From assembly GCA_964248365.1 (NCBI GenBank), contig CAXTYC010000005.1, forward strand, positions 64,001 through 128,000: a DNA stretch of 64,000 bases. The letters run 5' to 3'. The position numbers were made by a program, and so were the translations under genes. This document shows, one piece after another, positions 50,534 to 60,459 of this stretch (positions are counted from its first letter, which is position 1; every line of letters begins with the position of its first letter). The DNA is from an uncultured Chroococcidiopsis sp. (GTDB taxonomy: Bacteria > Cyanobacteriota > Cyanobacteriia > Cyanobacteriales > Chroococcidiopsidaceae). Below the pieces are notes generated by a model. That model worked only from the letters and a program-made list of their open reading frames with translations. It was not told the origin of the DNA and made no database searches.

Positions 50534-52192
50534 ATGAGTCAGATTCCTAATCCTGCCAACTGGGCTACTACTAATCGTAGTAGCAGTAACTATCCTGGTA
50601 TTAAAATTAATCGTCGTGTCAGTACATTGGTGCAAGGTTCTTTGATTTATGCCTCACAATTGATGAAGCATCAGAGATATTCTCGTCGTCGCTCTCAAGG
50701 AATCACCTTCAAGGCTAAAGCATTAGCTTTAGTAATTGCTCTAGGCGCACTGCCAATATTAGCTAGCCGCGCAAGTGCTAGCTACTTTACTAACCAATCA
50801 TTTCCAAATCCTGAAATTCAAGCTCAACAAGCTCGTATTGATAATTCAGACGATATTGTATCAGGGTCGCCCAGCGGGCTACCGTTAACCCTGGTGATTG
50901 AGACTATCGTAGCCTCATTACTGTTGGTTGGTTTACTCACCGCTTTTTTTGCCAATCGTAGTATGCGTCCAATCAAAGGAGCTAGTGAACAAGAGAAGAA
51001 ACCAAATGTAGAACCAGATGAATTTTCATCACAATTGGTAACTAGAGATAATTCTACTCTTCTGGAGACAATAAAGGTTGCACAGGACGGGGCAGACGTA
51101 GCTGAGCAGTCAAAGCTAGTGACAGAAATATCTTTGCGTATTCGTCAGGCTCAGTACTTGGAAGATTTACTCAAAACTACGGTTAAAGAATTGCGCCGCG
51201 CAATTAAAGCTGAGCGAGTATTTATCTATCGCTTCAACCCTGACTGGAGCGGGTTTGTTGTAGCAGAATCTGTGCTGCCTGGTTTGCCTTCATGCTTGAA
51301 AATAAAAGTAACTGATACTTATTTCGCTGGGTCTAATTCTGGGATAGAAGAGTATAAAAATGGTCGTATTTGTGTTAACGACGACATTTATGCAGCAAAC
51401 CTGAATGATTGTCACATTAAGTTGCTAGAGCAATTTGTCATCAAGGCACAGATGATTGCACCAATTGTAAAAAATCATGAGCTTTTCGGTTTAATAATTG
51501 CTAATCAATGCTCAGAACCCCGTGCTTGGCAGCAGCACGAAATCGATTTATTCGTGGAGTTGGCAAAGCAAGTTGGGTTTGCAATCGAGCAAGTAACTTT
51601 CCTAGAAAAACAAGAAGATTTAGCAGAAAAAGCTAATTTATTGACTGAAATTACTCTCCGCATTCGCCAAGCACAATTTTTGGAAAATTTGCTTAATACT
51701 ACGGTTAAAGAAGTGCGACGCGCATTGAAAACAGACCGAGTGTTGATCTATGGGCTTGATTCTAGTAACTGGGATGGAATTGTGGTAGCAGAATCTGTTG
51801 CTCCTGGCTGGCCCCAAACCTTGCGAGTAAGATTAAATGACCCGTGTTTCAGAAACCAGTATGTAGAAAAGTACAAAAATGGTCAGATTACAGCTATCAA
51901 TAATATTTATCGCTCCTCAGTAGAGGATTGTTACCGCAAAATGCTAGAACAATTTGCAGTGAAAGCAAATTTGGTAGCACCAATTCTTAAAAATAACGAG
52001 TTACTCGGTTTGCTAATTGCTCATCAGTGCAGTGAACCGCGAGATTGGCAACAGGATGAAATTGATTTATTTGCACAGTTGGCTATTCAGGTAGGTTTTG
52101 CCATTGATCAAGTAAGTCTGACCGCACAAATGGAAGAACAAACAGGAATTGAAAAACTTCAAGAACAATTTGAAGTTAATGAGCTTCATTAA
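50534..52192 (+). CDS. Membrane-anchored tandem-GAF cyanobacteriochrome-like protein with no output domain
   Basis: Two hydrophobic segments; GAF1 DTYF...CH; GAF2 DPCF...CY; ends about 20 aa after GAF2. Confidence 0.8.
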   Translation: MSQIPNPANWATTNRSSSNYPGIKINRRVSTLVQGSLIYASQLMKHQRYSRRRSQGITFKAKALALVIALGALPILASRASASYFTNQSFPNPEIQAQQARIDNSDDIVSGSPSGLPLTLVIETIVASLLLVGLLTAFFANRSMRPIKGASEQEKKPNVEPDEFSSQLVTRDNSTLLETIKVAQDGADVAEQSKLVTEISLRIRQAQYLEDLLKTTVKELRRAIKAERVFIYRFNPDWSGFVVAESVLPGLPSCLKIKVTDTYFAGSNSGIEEYKNGRICVNDDIYAANLNDCHIKLLEQFVIKAQMIAPIVKNHELFGLIIANQCSEPRAWQQHEIDLFVELAKQVGFAIEQVTFLEKQEDLAEKANLLTEITLRIRQAQFLENLLNTTVKEVRRALKTDRVLIYGLDSSNWDGIVVAESVAPGWPQTLRVRLNDPCFRNQYVEKYKNGQITAINNIYRSSVEDCYRKMLEQFAVKANLVAPILKNNELLGLLIAHQCSEPRDWQQDEIDLFAQLAIQVGFAIDQVSLTAQMEEQTGIEKLQEQFEVNELH

Positions 52193-52219
52193 CTTCATTT
52201 AGTTAGAGCCTCCTAGAAG

Positions 52220-52246
52220 TCGTACCCAGGCTCAGCCTGGGTACGA
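52220..52246. repeat. Palindrome TCGTACCCAGGCT-C-AGCCTGGGTACGA
   Basis: Perfect inverted repeat between convergent genes; degenerate relative at about 34032-34053. Confidence 0.75.
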
Positions 52247-52257
52247 AAGGGGACTAA

Positions 52258-52902
52258 TTACGAATTCTCTTGTATTCCTTTGATAATGTCTATCAGTTCC
52301 TTTGGTTGATGAATCAAAAAGTCTGGGTTCTGCTGTGCTAATATTTCTTTTGAATTAAATCCCCAACTTACAGCGATCGCTTTGACTTGGCTTCTTTTTG
52401 CAGCAACTATATCTCTCGTTTCGTCTCCTACATAAATAAGTTCTTCTGGCTTGAGTTTTGATTGTTTTAAAATTTTATTTATCACCTTACTTTTACTAAA
52501 GATTGCCGCTTCTGTATAAATAAAATCAAATTTGTTTTGTAAATTATTTGCTGCAAAAAATTTCAAAATATTATCTTTGGAATTAGAACTAAGAATTCCT
52601 ATGTCAACTTGATTTATTAATTCAATTAAAACTGCTTCAATTTCTGGAAAAGGTTTTATATTTTGGATTTCATTGTTTAATTCAGATTTGACTTTTGCTA
52701 ATAGTAAGGGGAACTTTAAAATTGAAATACCTGAGTATTTAATAATTTCCCTAGAACTTAAATTTTTGATATAAGAAAGTTCTTCTTGATCAATGGTCTT
52801 ATATCCAAACTCGACGGCTAAACGATTAGTAATATTAAGCAGCACATTGAGAGTATCTGCAATTGTGCCATCAAAATCAAATAAAACTACTTTTATAGTC
52901 AT
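52258..52902 (-). CDS. HAD-IA family hydrolase (phosphoglycolate phosphatase-like)
   Basis: FDFDGTIADT, SSN, YVGDETRD. Confidence 0.9.
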   Translation of the reverse strand: MTIKVVLFDFDGTIADTLNVLLNITNRLAVEFGYKTIDQEELSYIKNLSSREIIKYSGISILKFPLLLAKVKSELNNEIQNIKPFPEIEAVLIELINQVDIGILSSNSKDNILKFFAANNLQNKFDFIYTEAAIFSKSKVINKILKQSKLKPEELIYVGDETRDIVAAKRSQVKAIAVSWGFNSKEILAQQNPDFLIHQPKELIDIIKGIQENS

Positions 52903-52931
52903 TTTGTAAAATTACGAACAACTGCAACAAA

Positions 52932-53861
52932 TTATCCCAGATTAGCACGGGCATTGCGTCGCAACATTTCTGGTTTAATCCGCCGCAAAGCTGAGGCTGG
53001 AAAGCGTTGATCCCAATCTTCCTCTGAAATTTCAGCTAATTCTGTTAAAAAAGGTGATATATTCTGGGGGTAAGGCTGAAACTCTGCTACATCAGTTTCT
53101 TTGGCAAAACGTTGGTTCCAAGGACAAACATCTTGGCAGATGTCGCATCCAGCAACCCAGCCTTGCAGATGATTTGCGATCGCTTGTGGTAACTCCTCAC
53201 CCCGATTTTCAATTGTATGATAAGCAATGCACCGATTTGCATCTACTACAAACGGTTGGGTAATTGCATCGGTAGGACACGCCTCAATACAACGAGTACA
53301 GCTACCACAATGTTGAGTATGGGGTTGATCTGGAGTCAAATCTAAGTTTGTTAGCACTTCGCCCAAAAACACCCAAGAACCATATTCTCGCGTAATTACA
53401 TTACCATTTTTCGCAATCCAACCAATTCCAGCTTGCTGCGCCCAAACTTTATCCTGAAGGGGACCAGTATCAGCATAGTAACGTGCTTGCACACCGTCTG
53501 CTTGGGCTTGTAGCCAATTACTCAAAGCTTTCAACTTTTTATGCAAAACCTTATGGTAGTCTCGTCCCCAACCGTAACGTGAAATTTTGGCATACTCATT
53601 GCCTGGGGGACGTTGAGCGGGTGTGTAATAGTTTAATGCTACACAAATGAGCGATCGCACATCTGGCATTACCTGATAAATATCCCCACGCTTGGGCGAA
53701 GCCATCCATGCCATATCCGCATGATATCCCAACTCAAGCCATGCTTGCAAACGTTGCTGTTGGGTTTGATTATCTCTGTTTGCTGTCGCAATTCCAACCT
53801 TATGGAAACCCAACTCTAAAGCTTTTTGCTTCACCCCAGTGCTACTAAGTGTTTGGCTCAT
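52932..53861 (-). CDS. queG: Epoxyqueuosine reductase
   Basis: SRYGWGRDYH, DTGP, CGSCTRCIEACPT, GCDICQDVCPWN. Confidence 0.95.
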   Translation of the reverse strand: MSQTLSSTGVKQKALELGFHKVGIATANRDNQTQQQRLQAWLELGYHADMAWMASPKRGDIYQVMPDVRSLICVALNYYTPAQRPPGNEYAKISRYGWGRDYHKVLHKKLKALSNWLQAQADGVQARYYADTGPLQDKVWAQQAGIGWIAKNGNVITREYGSWVFLGEVLTNLDLTPDQPHTQHCGSCTRCIEACPTDAITQPFVVDANRCIAYHTIENRGEELPQAIANHLQGWVAGCDICQDVCPWNQRFAKETDVAEFQPYPQNISPFLTELAEISEEDWDQRFPASALRRIKPEMLRRNARANLG

Positions 53862-54047
53862 GCTCGTTAATAAATCACTAAGCTTGCTATCCCATCTTAG
53901 CGACACTACATTCTCTCCTTTAATATTTCAAAACTCTCTCATTTGTAAATTTTATTTGCAATTTGTAAAAATCTGTTGGATTATTAATTCAAGGAGGAGA
54001 GATTCCTGCATCAAACCCTTTAATTGTCAAGAATCTCAAGTGTAGAC

Positions 54048-54569
54048 ATGACGTATACTACAGAGTCAGCTTTTACTGTTTCTTCTAACCGCTTCAACTT
54101 CAATAACCAGCTAGCTGATGCCGTGCCTGCCGCCATTGCTCAAATCAAACGCCTTAGCGTAGATGACCAACTGGCACTATTCTGGTATGTATACACAGAA
54201 ATGGGTCGTTCCATCACACCTGCTGCGCCTGGTGCTGCCCGCCTACAGTTAGCAGAAGGGTTGCTAAACTCTTTCAAGCAGATGTCTAGGGCTGAGCAAT
54301 TACAAGCGATGCGCGACTTGATTACCAACGCAAACACATCTATTAGCCGCGCCTATGGTATTCTGAGCAACAATACCAAGTTAGCTCTGTGGTATGAATT
54401 ATCAGAATTGATGGTTCAAGGCTTTGTAGTGCCAATGCCCCCTGGATACAAGCCCAATAGTGATGTAGTCGAAGTTCTAGAAGCAATCAAGCAGCTTGAT
54501 TTTGGTCAGCAAATCACTGTCCTGCGTAATTTTGTTGCCGATATGGGTGTAGATCCCTTGGCTGATTAA
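54048..54569 (+). CDS. Helical carotenoid protein (OCP N-terminal domain homolog)
   Basis: DDQLALFWY.Y.EMG.SITPAAPGAA, KLALWYEL, QQITVLR. Confidence 0.92.
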   Translation: MTYTTESAFTVSSNRFNFNNQLADAVPAAIAQIKRLSVDDQLALFWYVYTEMGRSITPAAPGAARLQLAEGLLNSFKQMSRAEQLQAMRDLITNANTSISRAYGILSNNTKLALWYELSELMVQGFVVPMPPGYKPNSDVVEVLEAIKQLDFGQQITVLRNFVADMGVDPLAD

Positions 54570-54787
54570 TCGCCTACGTGAACAAAAATAAAAGCCTGTG
54601 CGGGTTTTTATCGGATATTTGGCAGCATCAAATAACCTTAGTTAAACCCGCACAAAACACCAGTTCTACAAGGTAATTTTTCCGCTCAGACAAATCAGAA
54701 TCCCTCCACAGGATCAGGATTTGACCTGCTTTTGTGTCTATTTTAGTTGTGTCCCAGTCTGGGAGACGTTCACTAGAGGGAATAAAG

Positions 54788-55231
54788 ATGAAAGCCGCTG
54801 AATCTATGCCAGAAATCCCGTCATCTGTTGGTAGCGATACGGACGTTCAATTCACAATTGAAGGTATTGCAGAACCGACAATTCTACGTTATTTTCAAAC
54901 ATTGAACGCTGGGGAGTTTGAGGCTTGTGCAGCATTGTTTGCAGCCCATGGAGTTATGTACCCCCCATTTGAGACTGGTATAGAGGGATCTGAGGCGATC
55001 GTTGCCTATCTTCAGCAAGAAGCCCAAGGCATGAAACTCGAACCTCGTGAAGGAATTACCAAAAGCCTGGAAAATGATGATCTAGAAGTGCAAGTAGCAG
55101 GGAAAGTACAAACTTCCTGGTGTGGTGTTAACGTCTCCTGGTTGTTTGTACTCAATCAACAGCGTGAAATTTTCTCCGCTAAGATCAAGCTTTTAGCTTC
55201 TCCCCAAGAATTAATTAATCTACGACGGTAG
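54788..55231 (+). CDS. OCP C-terminal domain homolog (CTDH, NTF2 fold)
   Basis: RYFQTLNAGEF, PPFE, GKVQTSWCGVNVSWLF, KLLASPQEL. Confidence 0.9.
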   Translation: MKAAESMPEIPSSVGSDTDVQFTIEGIAEPTILRYFQTLNAGEFEACAALFAAHGVMYPPFETGIEGSEAIVAYLQQEAQGMKLEPREGITKSLENDDLEVQVAGKVQTSWCGVNVSWLFVLNQQREIFSAKIKLLASPQELINLRR

Positions 55232-55317
55232 AGACAAGGGGACAGGAGACAGGAGACAGAAGACAGAAGGCAGAATATTTAATTCTTTCATCTCCCCCTC
55301 TAGCCTCTAGCCCCTAA

Positions 55318-55746
55318 TTAAGCAACTAGTCGAGCTAATGAGCGTGTTAGTAGGTTTCTACCCAGTTCAATATCTTTATTGGCACATCGCCAGTCTGGAT
55401 GGGCACTCATCAACAAGCTTTCGAGTGTCTCTCGATCAAACAAATGCCAAACAGTAGCTTGATTGACTTCAGCTTCTATGGCATAACAGTTAGAAGTGAC
55501 ACAGTGAATTGTGCAATCACTAGCTATCCGCATCAATTTCATTTGCTCTGTGGGCTTGAGTGAGCGAAATTGGCAAATTGCCTGCTTAAATTCACTCAAT
55601 CCGTCCACTGTTAACCCAGGAATTGCTACCTGTGTCTTGCTATCTCCATTCACACTAATCCAATAATGACGGCTAGGATCAATTCCCTCCAGCCAAGGCA
55701 ACTCATCATCAAGGCGGTAGCGTGGTGATAAAGCAAATAATGTCAT
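55318..55746 (-). CDS. Conserved cyanobacterial hypothetical protein
   Basis: Intact ORF with PRYRLDDE.PWL.GIDP motif; function not recognised. Confidence 0.75.
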   Translation of the reverse strand: MTLFALSPRYRLDDELPWLEGIDPSRHYWISVNGDSKTQVAIPGLTVDGLSEFKQAICQFRSLKPTEQMKLMRIASDCTIHCVTSNCYAIEAEVNQATVWHLFDRETLESLLMSAHPDWRCANKDIELGRNLLTRSLARLVA

Positions 55747-56128
55747 GAGAATTATTTAAACTGTAAATCTTATGGCTAAGAAAATTTAACTGCACAGCAC
55801 ACAGAAAGCTATTTGAGCAAGAGCATACCCAATGGTTTCCTGCCCTGGTGTGCAATAAATTACATTACTTTACTTTTAAATAATTTCTCAGTATTTATAA
55901 ACCCTATTTAACAAAACTTATAACAAAACTTATATTAAAGCAAGGAGCCTTAGAGACAAGGGGAAAGGGAAAAGGGTAGAGAGGTATTGCGGTTAAAGGA
56001 TAAAGGGTAAAGGTTGAAGGTTGAAGGATAAAGATTGAAATTTCACACTTCTAACTTCATACTTCACACTTCACACGAGTTTCTCCCCTTTGCTCCCCTT
56101 TGCTTCCCTTTGCTCCCTCTGCCCTCTT

Positions 56129-56860
56129 CTACCCGACTAGCCCAGAACGCAGGGCGCGAACAGCGGCTTGAGTACGGTCATCAGCACAGAGTTTATTTAA
56201 AATATTACGCACATGAGTTTTAACCGTTCCCACGGTAATATATAATTTTTCAGCAATGACCGCGTTACTACAACCTTCAACAATTAGTTGCAGCACTTCT
56301 AATTCTCGTTCTGTGAGTGGGTAGGCAGCTAGCATTTGGTCATACTCTGCATCAGCTGCATTAATAGCAACAGTTTTCAGATCTTTGGGAATCTCAACTG
56401 CTGCTTCGGGATCGTCTGAAGTTGGTTGCACTTGTTGCAGCACTATCCGCGCGATCGCAGGATCTATCCAAGCGTTCCCACTGTGAGTTACACGTAATGC
56501 TTCTAGCAAGTTATCGAAGCTGATATCCTTCATGCAGTATGAGTCTGCCCCAGCCGCAAAAGCTGCTAGTACAGCCTCTTTATTATCCCTCAGCGTCAAA
56601 ATCAGCACCTTGGTATTTGGTCCTTCTCCAGCTTCTTGAGATGCCTTGATCTGCCTTGTCAGCTCGATACCATCTTTGTCGGGTAGACCGATATCGACGA
56701 TCGCAATATCTGGGTGAAGTTTCTCCAACAGTTGCAATCCTTCATTGGCATTAGCAGCTTCGCCCACCACTTCAATTTCTTGCCGCTGTTGCAGTGCTGT
56801 TCTAATACCCACACGGGTTAGGTCATGATCTTCTATCAGAGCAACGCGAATTCTATCCAT
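56129..56860 (-). CDS. NarL/LuxR-family response regulator
   Basis: IEDH...VDIGLP receiver; LTERELEVL...TVKTHV HTH. Confidence 0.93.
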   Translation of the reverse strand: MDRIRVALIEDHDLTRVGIRTALQQRQEIEVVGEAANANEGLQLLEKLHPDIAIVDIGLPDKDGIELTRQIKASQEAGEGPNTKVLILTLRDNKEAVLAAFAAGADSYCMKDISFDNLLEALRVTHSGNAWIDPAIARIVLQQVQPTSDDPEAAVEIPKDLKTVAINAADAEYDQMLAAYPLTERELEVLQLIVEGCSNAVIAEKLYITVGTVKTHVRNILNKLCADDRTQAAVRALRSGLVG

Positions 56861-57413
56861 TTTTACATCCGCTTTAACAATTTCTTACCTTAGAATCAAT
56901 TTTGCTTAAATGCTAGTTCTAGCTAATTCTTGAATCCCGATCTACAGAAGTAGGGATTTTTACCCTATCTTTCATTCAATCTTAGTATTTTTGGGCATAA
57001 GCTACTAGTTACTAGCTTAAACTATCTCTGGAAATTAGCATTTCCTCTTATAAACTTAAATACCTTTATATTTTACGCCCCTTAAAGCATTTATTTTTAT
57101 CTAAGCATCTATCTTTAGATATAATTTTACTATCAACTTTGGTTATGTAAAGTTATGCCAAAGTAGGAATATTAGCTTTTATTCAATTATAAGTTAAGCT
57201 TATAGATATCGCTTTAATGTGTTGTAAATTTAACCAAGAGCTGCTAATTCGATTTGGCAAGTATGATTTAGAATCCTAAAAACCTGAATCAATGTTAGCA
57301 ATAATACTAAAAAGCATAGAAAGAGTAAATGAACAGTTGAAATTATAGGATATTTGTCACTAAAAAAGTAGTTGTGTAGTTTGAATTGCCAATTATTTTA
57401 ACGAAAGATTTTG

Positions 57414-60128
57414 ATGAATTCTGATTTTAAGTTAAGTGAACAAGAAACAATGAGTTGGGGATTCCTCAAAGCGATTCATCCCGAAGAGCGCGATCGCTAC
57501 CTTAGCCAACAACAAGCCCTAGCGCAAGGACAACCTTACGAAATTGCCTTCCGAATGTTGGGATCAGACGGAAAATATCACTGGTGGCTAGAGCAAGGTA
57601 CACCTGTGCGCTTAGAAGATGGCACAGTGCAAGAGCTGATTGTTACCTGCACTCCTCAAAGCGAGGCAGATCACCAAAGTGGGCTGAAAAAGCCCTCCCA
57701 GAAAGAATTAATGCGTACTCAGCCAAATGGACAGCAGCACTGGGCGGATGAGTCGAGATTTCGAGAACAAAAACTGGCGCTTCATGTGCAGCAAACTCCC
57801 CTAGCTGTAATTGAATGGAACGTTAATTTTGAAGTGATTCAATGGAACCGAGCAGCAGAAAAAATTTTTGGTTACAGCAATCACGAAGCAATTGGTCGCC
57901 ATGCTGCCGGACTTATCATATCAGAAACTGCTAAAGAGTTTGTAAACGAAGTATGGAATCAGCTATTACAAAACAAAGACGGTAATCGCACCATCAATGA
58001 AAACATAACTAAAGATGGTAAGACTATCATTTGCGAGTGGTATAACACTCCATTAGTTGCTGATAACGGAGAAGTCATGGGTGTAGTATCCCTAGCTCAG
58101 GATATCACCGAAAGAAAAGCGGCACAAAAGGCGCTTAAACAGAGCGAACAGCGTGTGCGTCTGTTTGTCGAACATACACCAGCTGCTGTTGCTATGTTAG
58201 ACCGTGAGATGCGTTATATATTGGCTAGTCGTCGTTGGCTAACAGATTACCAACTGGGTGAACAAGAAATTATCGGTCGTAGCCATTATGAGATATTTCC
58301 TGAAAATTGCGATCGCCAGAAGGAAATTCACCAGCGCTGTTTAGCAGGAGCAGTAGAAAAATGCGAAGAAGATCCCTTTGTGCGTACTGATGGCGAACCC
58401 ATGTGGCTGCGTTGGGAAATTCATCCTTGGCACGACAGTAGCGGGGAAATTGGTGGCATTATCATGTTTACCGAAGTGATTACGCAAAAGAAAGCAGCCC
58501 AGGCAGAAATTCTGAGAATGAATGCCGAACTAGAGCAAAGAGTAATTGAACGGACGCAACAGCTAGAAAGTGCTAATCAACTCAAGGATGAATTACTATT
58601 GCGCGAACAGCTAGCAAGGGTTCAGGCTGAAACAGCACAGCAACGCTTCAGCGAACTGGTGAATGGACTAGTTGATGTGATCTTTTGGGAAGGCGATCCT
58701 GTCACCTTCGAGTTTTCCTTTGTGTGTCAAAGTGCACAAAAGATTTTAGGTTATCCGCTTGAGCGGTGGATAACACCTGGTTTTTGGGTTGAAATCATCC
58801 ATCCTGACGATCGCGCGAGGGTAGTAAATTTCTGTCAAGCCCAAATTTGTCAAGGTCGAGATTATGAGTTGGAGTATCGCTGTATTGCCTCAGATGGTCG
58901 AACGGTGTGGCTACGCGATCGCACTTATATTGTACGCGACCAGCAAGGACAAATTCAAAAAACCAGGGGGTTGATGATTGATATTACCCAATCCAAGCAA
59001 AAAGAAGAAGAATTACGGGAAAGTGAAGCCCGATTTCGCACTATGGCAGACACCGCTCCAGTGCTAATTTGGGTAGCTGGAACAGATACACTATGTAATT
59101 GGGTCAACAAGCCTTGGCTTGAATTCACCGGACGCACGATGGAACAGGAACTAGGCAATGGCTGGGCAGAACTCGTGCATCCAGAAGATTTTCAACATTG
59201 CTTAGATATTTATATAACAGCATTTAACGCTCGTCAACCCTTTCAAATGGACTACCGCCTTCGCCGAGCTGATGGGGAGTATCGTTGGCTTTTAAATAAC
59301 GGTGTACCTCGGTTTACACCTAATGGGGAGTTTGCTGGATATATCGGCTCTTGTATTGATATTACTGAGCGCAGAGCTATAGAGTCAGCACTAAAAGCCC
59401 GTGCCAATGAATTAACTTATTTGACAACAGTGCTGGCACAAACCAACACTGTCTTAGAAAAACGTAACTTTGAACTCGATCAATTTGCTTACGTTACGTC
59501 CCATGATTTAAAAGCACCACTGCGAGCGATCGCAAACCTTTCCGAATGGATAGAAGAAGACCTTGCCGACGTGCTAACCGCAGATACTCGCCATCAAATG
59601 AACTTGCTGCGGGGGCGCGTTAACCGCATGGAAGCCCTAATTAACGGCTTATTACAATATTCCCGTGTCGGTCGCCTTGAAACTCCCACATCATTGGTAT
59701 CGGTAGCTGACTTGCTAGCCGAGGTGATTGACTCTCTCGCACCTGCTGATACTTTCACGATTGAAATAGCCCCGGATATGCCGACATTTGTCACCGAACG
59801 ATTGCCTTTGCAGCAAGTTTTTACTAATCTCATCAGCAACGCGATTAAACATCACCCCAGGATAGATGGCAAAGTAAAAATTTTACTCCAAAATCTAGAG
59901 TCATTTTATGAATTTAGCGTCACTGATGACGGAGCTGGAATTGCTTCTCAGTACCATGAAAAAGTGTTTGGGATTTTCCAGACATTAGAAGATCGTGACA
60001 AGAGTGAAAACACTGGTATTGGACTTGCTATTGTCAAAAAAATTGTTGAACGTCAAGGAGGAACTATCTATTTGGAGTCCCAGGAAGGTCAAGGAGCAAC
60101 ATTTCGCTTTACCTGGCGCTCTTGCTAG
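57414..60128 (+). CDS. Multi-PAS sensor histidine kinase
   Basis: About five PAS/PAC modules; FAYVTSHDLKAPLRAI H-box, NLISNAIKH, GIGLAIV. Confidence 0.93.
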   Translation: MNSDFKLSEQETMSWGFLKAIHPEERDRYLSQQQALAQGQPYEIAFRMLGSDGKYHWWLEQGTPVRLEDGTVQELIVTCTPQSEADHQSGLKKPSQKELMRTQPNGQQHWADESRFREQKLALHVQQTPLAVIEWNVNFEVIQWNRAAEKIFGYSNHEAIGRHAAGLIISETAKEFVNEVWNQLLQNKDGNRTINENITKDGKTIICEWYNTPLVADNGEVMGVVSLAQDITERKAAQKALKQSEQRVRLFVEHTPAAVAMLDREMRYILASRRWLTDYQLGEQEIIGRSHYEIFPENCDRQKEIHQRCLAGAVEKCEEDPFVRTDGEPMWLRWEIHPWHDSSGEIGGIIMFTEVITQKKAAQAEILRMNAELEQRVIERTQQLESANQLKDELLLREQLARVQAETAQQRFSELVNGLVDVIFWEGDPVTFEFSFVCQSAQKILGYPLERWITPGFWVEIIHPDDRARVVNFCQAQICQGRDYELEYRCIASDGRTVWLRDRTYIVRDQQGQIQKTRGLMIDITQSKQKEEELRESEARFRTMADTAPVLIWVAGTDTLCNWVNKPWLEFTGRTMEQELGNGWAELVHPEDFQHCLDIYITAFNARQPFQMDYRLRRADGEYRWLLNNGVPRFTPNGEFAGYIGSCIDITERRAIESALKARANELTYLTTVLAQTNTVLEKRNFELDQFAYVTSHDLKAPLRAIANLSEWIEEDLADVLTADTRHQMNLLRGRVNRMEALINGLLQYSRVGRLETPTSLVSVADLLAEVIDSLAPADTFTIEIAPDMPTFVTERLPLQQVFTNLISNAIKHHPRIDGKVKILLQNLESFYEFSVTDDGAGIASQYHEKVFGIFQTLEDRDKSENTGIGLAIVKKIVERQGGTIYLESQEGQGATFRFTWRSC

Positions 60129-60350
60129 GGGCTAGGGGCTAGGGGCTGGGGGCTAGGGAAAGGATGAAGTGGGAAGGATGAAGTGGGAAGGATGAAGTGG
60201 GAAGTGGGAAGTGGGAAGGATGAAGTGGGAAGTATGAAGTTTGAAATTTCAACATGATCCTCTTTAGCCTTTTCCCTTTCCCCTTGTCCCTTGTCCCCTT
60301 GTCCCCTTGTCTTCCCCTAGCCCCTAGCCCCTAGCCCCTAGCCCCTAGCT
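60124..60350. repeat. STRR arrays (GGGGCTA, GGATGAAGTGGGAA, CCCCTTGT, TAGCCCC)
   Basis: Nested tandem 7-, 8- and 14-mers with inverted outer arrays. Confidence 0.85.
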
Positions 60351-60459
60351 AAAGGAATAGGTAATAAGGATTAAGTACTTATCCTCGATAAGAGAAATAC
60401 TGCAAATGATTGATGTTAATAGCGACACAAATCATAAATCATAGGTAGTAGAACAATAA

